64,000 bases of DNA, taken from positions 448,001 through 512,000 of the forward strand of contig OY970176.1 in NCBI GenBank assembly GCA_963707955.1, written 5' to 3'. The DNA comes from Candidatus Bathyarchaeota archaeon (lineage in GTDB: Archaea; Thermoproteota; Bathyarchaeia; Bathyarchaeales; Bathycorpusculaceae). Numbering within the stretch: the stretch's first letter is position 1; every line of letters starts with the position of its first letter. Below the pieces are notes generated by a model. That model was not told the DNA's origin. It did not search any database and saw nothing but the letters and a program-made list of their open reading frames with translations. Shown here one piece after another: positions 59,778 through 64,000 of the stretch. The translations under genes were made by a program, and so were the position numbers.

Positions 59778-59975
59778 TTAGCGAGTCCTTTCTCTATGGA
59801 GGCTCTTAGTCCGCCACGAATACGTTTTCATGACCGCTGTTACTCCATAACCGCAGGCAGCACATCGTTTCTTAGTCACGTTGTATGACCTTCTTCCACA
59901 CCGTCTGCATTTTATGTGAACCGTTTTTCCTTGGCGCTTGCCAAATGAGGGTGTCCCCTTTCCCAAAGACGTCAC
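59778..59975 (-). CDS. rpl37e: 50S ribosomal protein eL37
   Basis: KGTPSFGKR, HIKCRRCGRRSY and CAACGYG. Confidence 0.95.
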   Translation of the reverse strand: MTSLGKGTPSFGKRQGKTVHIKCRRCGRRSYNVTKKRCAACGYGVTAVMKTYSWRTKSLHRERTR

Positions 59976-60199
59976 CTAGGAGGTGGAGATATCAGAACGA
60001 CGTTGTCTCCTCGGACGATTATGATCCCGAGTTTCCTGACGTTTTCTGAAGAGGTGGTGTCTTCTGTTTCCTCTAGAACCAAGTTCAGATGCTGGTCAAA
60101 CCCTTTGAGCCTTCCACGTAGGCTTTTTCCACCTTTCAACCTTACAAGCACGATTTTCCCAAGGTTTTGCTCAAGGATTTCAGTGGTCATTTCGCTCAT
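59972..60199 (-). CDS. Sm-like archaeal protein (Lsm/SmAP)
   Basis: VLVRLKGG...G.LKGFDQHLNLVL and IIVRGDNV; canonical linkage to eL37. Confidence 0.95.
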   Translation of the reverse strand: MSEMTTEILEQNLGKIVLVRLKGGKSLRGRLKGFDQHLNLVLEETEDTTSSENVRKLGIIIVRGDNVVLISPPPR

Positions 60200-60268
60200 T
60201 TTTGACCCTCGGACCCAAATTGTTATGCCTTTTATACTTAAGCTTACACATTTAAACCTATCTAAGAG

Positions 60269-60808
60269 ATGGGCAGAATGCCCGAAAAAAACAGGCGGTA
60301 TTTCTTAAAGACGAAAGAATCTAAAGCCCTTCTTGCAAAGGCTTCGGAAAAGCTCAAGACTGACCTGGGGCTACTCTTCAAAGACAAGGTTAACGTTGAG
60401 GTCTTTGAAACAGAATCAGCTGAAATCTTTCTCATCAACGCAAAGCCGCTGCTGGTCAAAGCTGACGAAAACATTTATCCAACGCTAAGGTTCGATGAAT
60501 ATCTCCAAACAGCTCCCAAAGTTGTCGTGGACATGGGGGCCGTTCCCTATGTATGCAATGGCGCGAACGTTATGGCACCAGGAATCAGACGCTTTGAGGG
60601 TCAATTCGACGAGAATGACATTGTCATTGTGGTTGATGAGAAGCATAACAGACCTATCGCCATAGGGGAAATCCTTTACGATGCTGAAAAGGCAAAGAGT
60701 GTCAGCCAGGGCACTGTTGTCAGAAACGTGTACTACGTCGGAGACAAAACGTGGAATCTCCTTAAAGAAATAGCCCCTAGCGGGGGGAAAATTCGATCTG
60801 AACTTTGA
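60269..60808 (+). CDS. PUA-domain RNA-binding protein (MCT-1/Tma20-like)
   Basis: YPTL, VVVDMGAVPYVCNGANVMAPGI and YYVGD. Confidence 0.9.
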   Translation: MGRMPEKNRRYFLKTKESKALLAKASEKLKTDLGLLFKDKVNVEVFETESAEIFLINAKPLLVKADENIYPTLRFDEYLQTAPKVVVDMGAVPYVCNGANVMAPGIRRFEGQFDENDIVIVVDEKHNRPIAIGEILYDAEKAKSVSQGTVVRNVYYVGDKTWNLLKEIAPSGGKIRSEL

Positions 60809-60914
60809 ATTCATAAAACCTTCCAAGCATGCAATTCATACCATGAATCCAAACGTGAAATTAAGAAAAACTTAAACTCTTGAAAAGCAAATAAACATGT
60901 AAGAGAGGACAAGT

Positions 60915-61262
60915 TTGCCGGGATTGGGTATACTCCGCAAATCAAAGAAGGAGGTTAAGATTAAAGGTGATTCTGGCAAGACCTATTTGAAAGCAATGCC
61001 TCTTCGGGACTTGTCTGATTTGGACTCTGTAAAGGCAGAAGTCAAATCTGGAAACATCCTGATTCTAAGGATAACGCCCCTTGCGAATAAGAGTGTTGAC
61101 GACGTTAAGCGTGCCGTGAACGAACTGTGCGAATTTGCTGAATCCGTCGGAGGAGATATCGCAAGGTTGGGTGAAGAGAGAGTGGTTGTATGCCCTCCGA
61201 ACGTGAAGATTTGGCGAGAGAAAGTTCCGGTTTCGAATGAGCCGATACCTACAGCAGCCTAA
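60915..61262 (+). CDS. sepF: Cell division protein SepF (archaeal type)
   Basis: EVKSGNILILRITPL...GGDIARLGEERVVVCPPNVKI. Confidence 0.85.
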   Translation: MPGLGILRKSKKEVKIKGDSGKTYLKAMPLRDLSDLDSVKAEVKSGNILILRITPLANKSVDDVKRAVNELCEFAESVGGDIARLGEERVVVCPPNVKIWREKVPVSNEPIPTAA

Positions 61263-63168
61263 AGGTCTCCATCAAAACTGGTGCGAAGGAGCGAACTTCA
61301 CATCTTCTTTCTATGAAGTTGGCCATGCTGAGACACTTTGCTCTTTCACCATGGCACACGACGACTCTTTCAGGCTTAGGCCTTAGGTGAGTTATGTAGT
61401 TGAATATCTGTCGTCTATCCGAATGCCCAGAGAAGCCCTCTATCGACTCCACGCGCATTCTAGCTTTAACGACATCCATTTTGCCTTCTGAAGTCATGAG
61501 TGTAACCTCGTTCAGACCTTTCTGGACTCTTCTTCCCATGGTGCCTTCGATCTGGTAGCTAACAAAAATAATCGTGTTGTTCTCGTTCTCCGCCAAGCTT
61601 TTGAAGTACTCTATTACTGGGCCACCTTCAAGCATTCCTGAAGTCGCCATGATAATGCACGGTTCGCCCTCAACTATTTCCTGGCGCACGCTTGGATGCT
61701 CAACAATCGTGAAGTAGTCTGACTGAAAGGGATTCACTCCATCATGAAGTATGCTGTTGCGGACTTCTCGGCCTAAGTACTCAGGATATGCGGTGTGAAT
61801 TGCCGTGGCCTCTGAAATCATTCCCTCGATGAAGACAGGAGCCTCCTTCATCATTCCGCGCCTCATGTAACCGTCCAGCACGAGCATTATCTCCTGAGCC
61901 CTGCCAACAGCTGGAACTGGAATCAGAACCTTGCCTTTACGTTCCAACGTTTCATTCACAACTGCTGTCAACCGTTCCTCAGCTTCCACACGCGAGGGCA
62001 TGACGTCATCCGGCCCTCCATACGTGCTTTCAGTTATGACGGTCTCAACCCTTGGAAACTCTGTCGTCGCTGCTTCCAGAAGCATCGTCCTTGAATACTT
62101 GTAGTCACCGGTGTAAACAATGTTGTGGAGACCCTCACCGATGTGAAGGTGAACCATTGAAGACCCTAGAATGTGCCCAGCGTTGTGGAGAGTCAAACGC
62201 ACGTCAGGAGCTATGTCAGTGACGACTCCATACCGTGAGGGAATCGTGTGCAAAACACATTCACGAACATCTTTCTGATCATAAAACGGAGTTGTGCCCT
62301 GCTTGCCAGCAACATCCAAATAGTCAAGCTGAAGCAACGTCATCATGTTTGAAGTAGGAGCGGAGCAGTAGACTGGCCCGTCGTATCCATACTTGTAAAG
62401 GAAAGGTACAAGACCACAATGGTCAAGATGAGCATGACTTATGATGACAGCGTCCAAAGATTCAAGCTCAAACGCTGGGTTGTCCAGCCTAGGAAAGGCC
62501 TCAAATGGCCTCGAGGAACCTGGGTTCACACCACAGTCCAGCAGTACGCTGCTTTCTCGGGTTTGAACGAGAAAAGCAGATCTTCCGACTTCCTGAACCC
62601 CTCCGAGCGCCGTGATCCTAACGTCCCCAACCTCGAAGGCTTTAGGTCTGAAGATCCTTTCCCCTATTGTGCGAAGTATTCGTTCTCTTTCTTTGCTCTC
62701 AGAATGAAGATAATGCCGCATGTGAGTTACTATCTTCGACCGCAATGGGGGGCTTCTTAAGACGTGTGGACGCCACTTTGTCTGTCTGATTATCTCTTGC
62801 AGGACTGTTCCGTTCTTTCCGATCACAAGCCCAGGCTTTTTTGCGTCAATTGTTATTTCGCCCAGACTTGGGTCGAAATTTATGTCTGTCACTTCTGCGT
62901 CAGCTGGAATTATGTCCCTCGCAATCTTCTCGGCCTCAACTTCGTGAAGCCTCACCGAAGGGTCAGAGCGAATAACGATTCGTTTTCTTATGACGTTGAC
63001 TATGTTGGCTATGACGCTGCTCTGGTCGACCAAGACTTCGGGTCTCTTGGTGTACACCGCCAGTGTTGAACCTTCATACTCTATCCTAGTTACTTCAGCT
63101 TCTTTCGGGACATGCTGTAGAATGTATTGACTGATTTCGACCTTTTCCTTGTCAGAATTTGAAGGCAC
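61249..63168 (-). CDS. fttA: KH-domain beta-CASP ribonuclease aCPSF1 (transcription termination factor FttA)
   Basis: N-terminal KH domains (KKPGLVIGK), LGGVQEVGRS, SHAHLDH, AGHILGS, ATSGML.GGP and GFSGHSD. Confidence 0.96.
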   Translation of the reverse strand: MPSNSDKEKVEISQYILQHVPKEAEVTRIEYEGSTLAVYTKRPEVLVDQSSVIANIVNVIRKRIVIRSDPSVRLHEVEAEKIARDIIPADAEVTDINFDPSLGEITIDAKKPGLVIGKNGTVLQEIIRQTKWRPHVLRSPPLRSKIVTHMRHYLHSESKERERILRTIGERIFRPKAFEVGDVRITALGGVQEVGRSAFLVQTRESSVLLDCGVNPGSSRPFEAFPRLDNPAFELESLDAVIISHAHLDHCGLVPFLYKYGYDGPVYCSAPTSNMMTLLQLDYLDVAGKQGTTPFYDQKDVRECVLHTIPSRYGVVTDIAPDVRLTLHNAGHILGSSMVHLHIGEGLHNIVYTGDYKYSRTMLLEAATTEFPRVETVITESTYGGPDDVMPSRVEAEERLTAVVNETLERKGKVLIPVPAVGRAQEIMLVLDGYMRRGMMKEAPVFIEGMISEATAIHTAYPEYLGREVRNSILHDGVNPFQSDYFTIVEHPSVRQEIVEGEPCIIMATSGMLEGGPVIEYFKSLAENENNTIIFVSYQIEGTMGRRVQKGLNEVTLMTSEGKMDVVKARMRVESIEGFSGHSDRRQIFNYITHLRPKPERVVVCHGERAKCLSMANFIERRCEVRSFAPVLMETFRLL

Positions 63169-63181
63169 TCTTTTAACTTCC

Positions 63182-63820
63182 TCAATCTGCCAAAAGTTGC
63201 TTTTTCTCTTTGTCGGTCAGGTCTCTGTAGCCCTTGACATCTATGACCGCAACGTTGAAACTGTCTCCACTTGCGGAGTCGCGTTTCATCGCAGCGTCAA
63301 CCGCTTTGACTATCACTGGTAGCATCTCTCTAACAGGAACATCGTCCTTGTACTTCTCCTCTAGAATGCCATACGCGACGGGTGAACCCGAACCTGTGGA
63401 CACGTATTTCTCCTCCGTCAGACTGCCAAACGGGTCTATTGAAAATATGTGAGGACCTGTATCATCTAAGCCGCCGACGAGAACCTGAGCCAGCAAAGGC
63501 ACGTATCTAGCTGAGAAAAGAAGGTTCGAAAGCAATCTTGCCGCTGAGCTGATTGGCAAAGGCCTGCCAAGTTCGATCTTATAAAGCTTGGCATTGGTCG
63601 TTAGTATGTCGACAGCTTTTTGAGCATCAGCTAAACTTCCGGCAATAGTCATCGCTAAGTGATCGTCTATCTGGTACACCTTCTTCCCATGCTTGTGTGC
63701 CACGTAAAATCCCATGGTGACACGTGTATCCGAGGCCATTATTACTCCGTCCTTACAGACAACGCCTACGGTCGTTGTTCCTTTTAGTGTTAGTCGATTT
63801 ACCTCATCGTTATTTGTCAT
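63182..63820 (-). CDS. psmB: Proteasome subunit beta
   Basis: Propeptide ending KG|TTTVG, ASDTR, IAGS.AD, STGSGS and RDSASG; canonical linkage to aCPSF1. Confidence 0.96.
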   Translation of the reverse strand: MTNNDEVNRLTLKGTTTVGVVCKDGVIMASDTRVTMGFYVAHKHGKKVYQIDDHLAMTIAGSLADAQKAVDILTTNAKLYKIELGRPLPISSAARLLSNLLFSARYVPLLAQVLVGGLDDTGPHIFSIDPFGSLTEEKYVSTGSGSPVAYGILEEKYKDDVPVREMLPVIVKAVDAAMKRDSASGDSFNVAVIDVKGYRDLTDKEKKQLLAD

Positions 63821-64000
63821 TTTGTTTCTCTCCTAAAACCCAATGATATCGGCAAATTACTTCGCGAGGAAGCAGCATCATGTTATCATTGCTAGGGTGT
63901 TTATTAACATTGCGCCTCGAAATTTCGGGAAAGGGGTGTGCAATTGCCCCCTAATTCATAAGTCAAATGGAAGGAATAGTAGTCTTAATCAACGGAAGAA

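Overview
Archaeal chromosomal window, most consistent with Bathyarchaeia (TACK). Markers are an unsplit Rpo2, a fused Rpo1 (A'+A''), an eL22 homolog, SepF and PEF-CTERM-like surface proteins. All domain calls come from reading motifs by eye, not from HMM searches. The left flank (1-13 kb) holds the RNA polymerase large subunits, an intron-containing tRNA-Leu(CAA), nadA, thioredoxin and an Lrp regulator. The right flank (50-64 kb) holds DNA ligase, an ABC transporter with a DUF47 gene, eL22, a candidate structured RNA, uS10, eL37, Lsm, a PUA protein, SepF, aCPSF1 and proteasome beta. Between them is a ~35 kb cell-surface region. It encodes a 2014-aa repeat protein, about nine cohesin-like domains in six genes (four membrane-anchored), three C-terminal dockerins and an Opp/Dpp ABC operon whose solute-binding protein carries a dockerin. 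The best candidate for an undescribed system is a non-cellulolytic cohesin-dockerin surface scaffold, possibly S-layer-linked, that displays a transporter binding protein. Support for this includes a promoter/leader and terminator shared between the unanchored scaffold gene and the binding-protein gene. Six genes carry single-base insertions that are probably sequencing errors.
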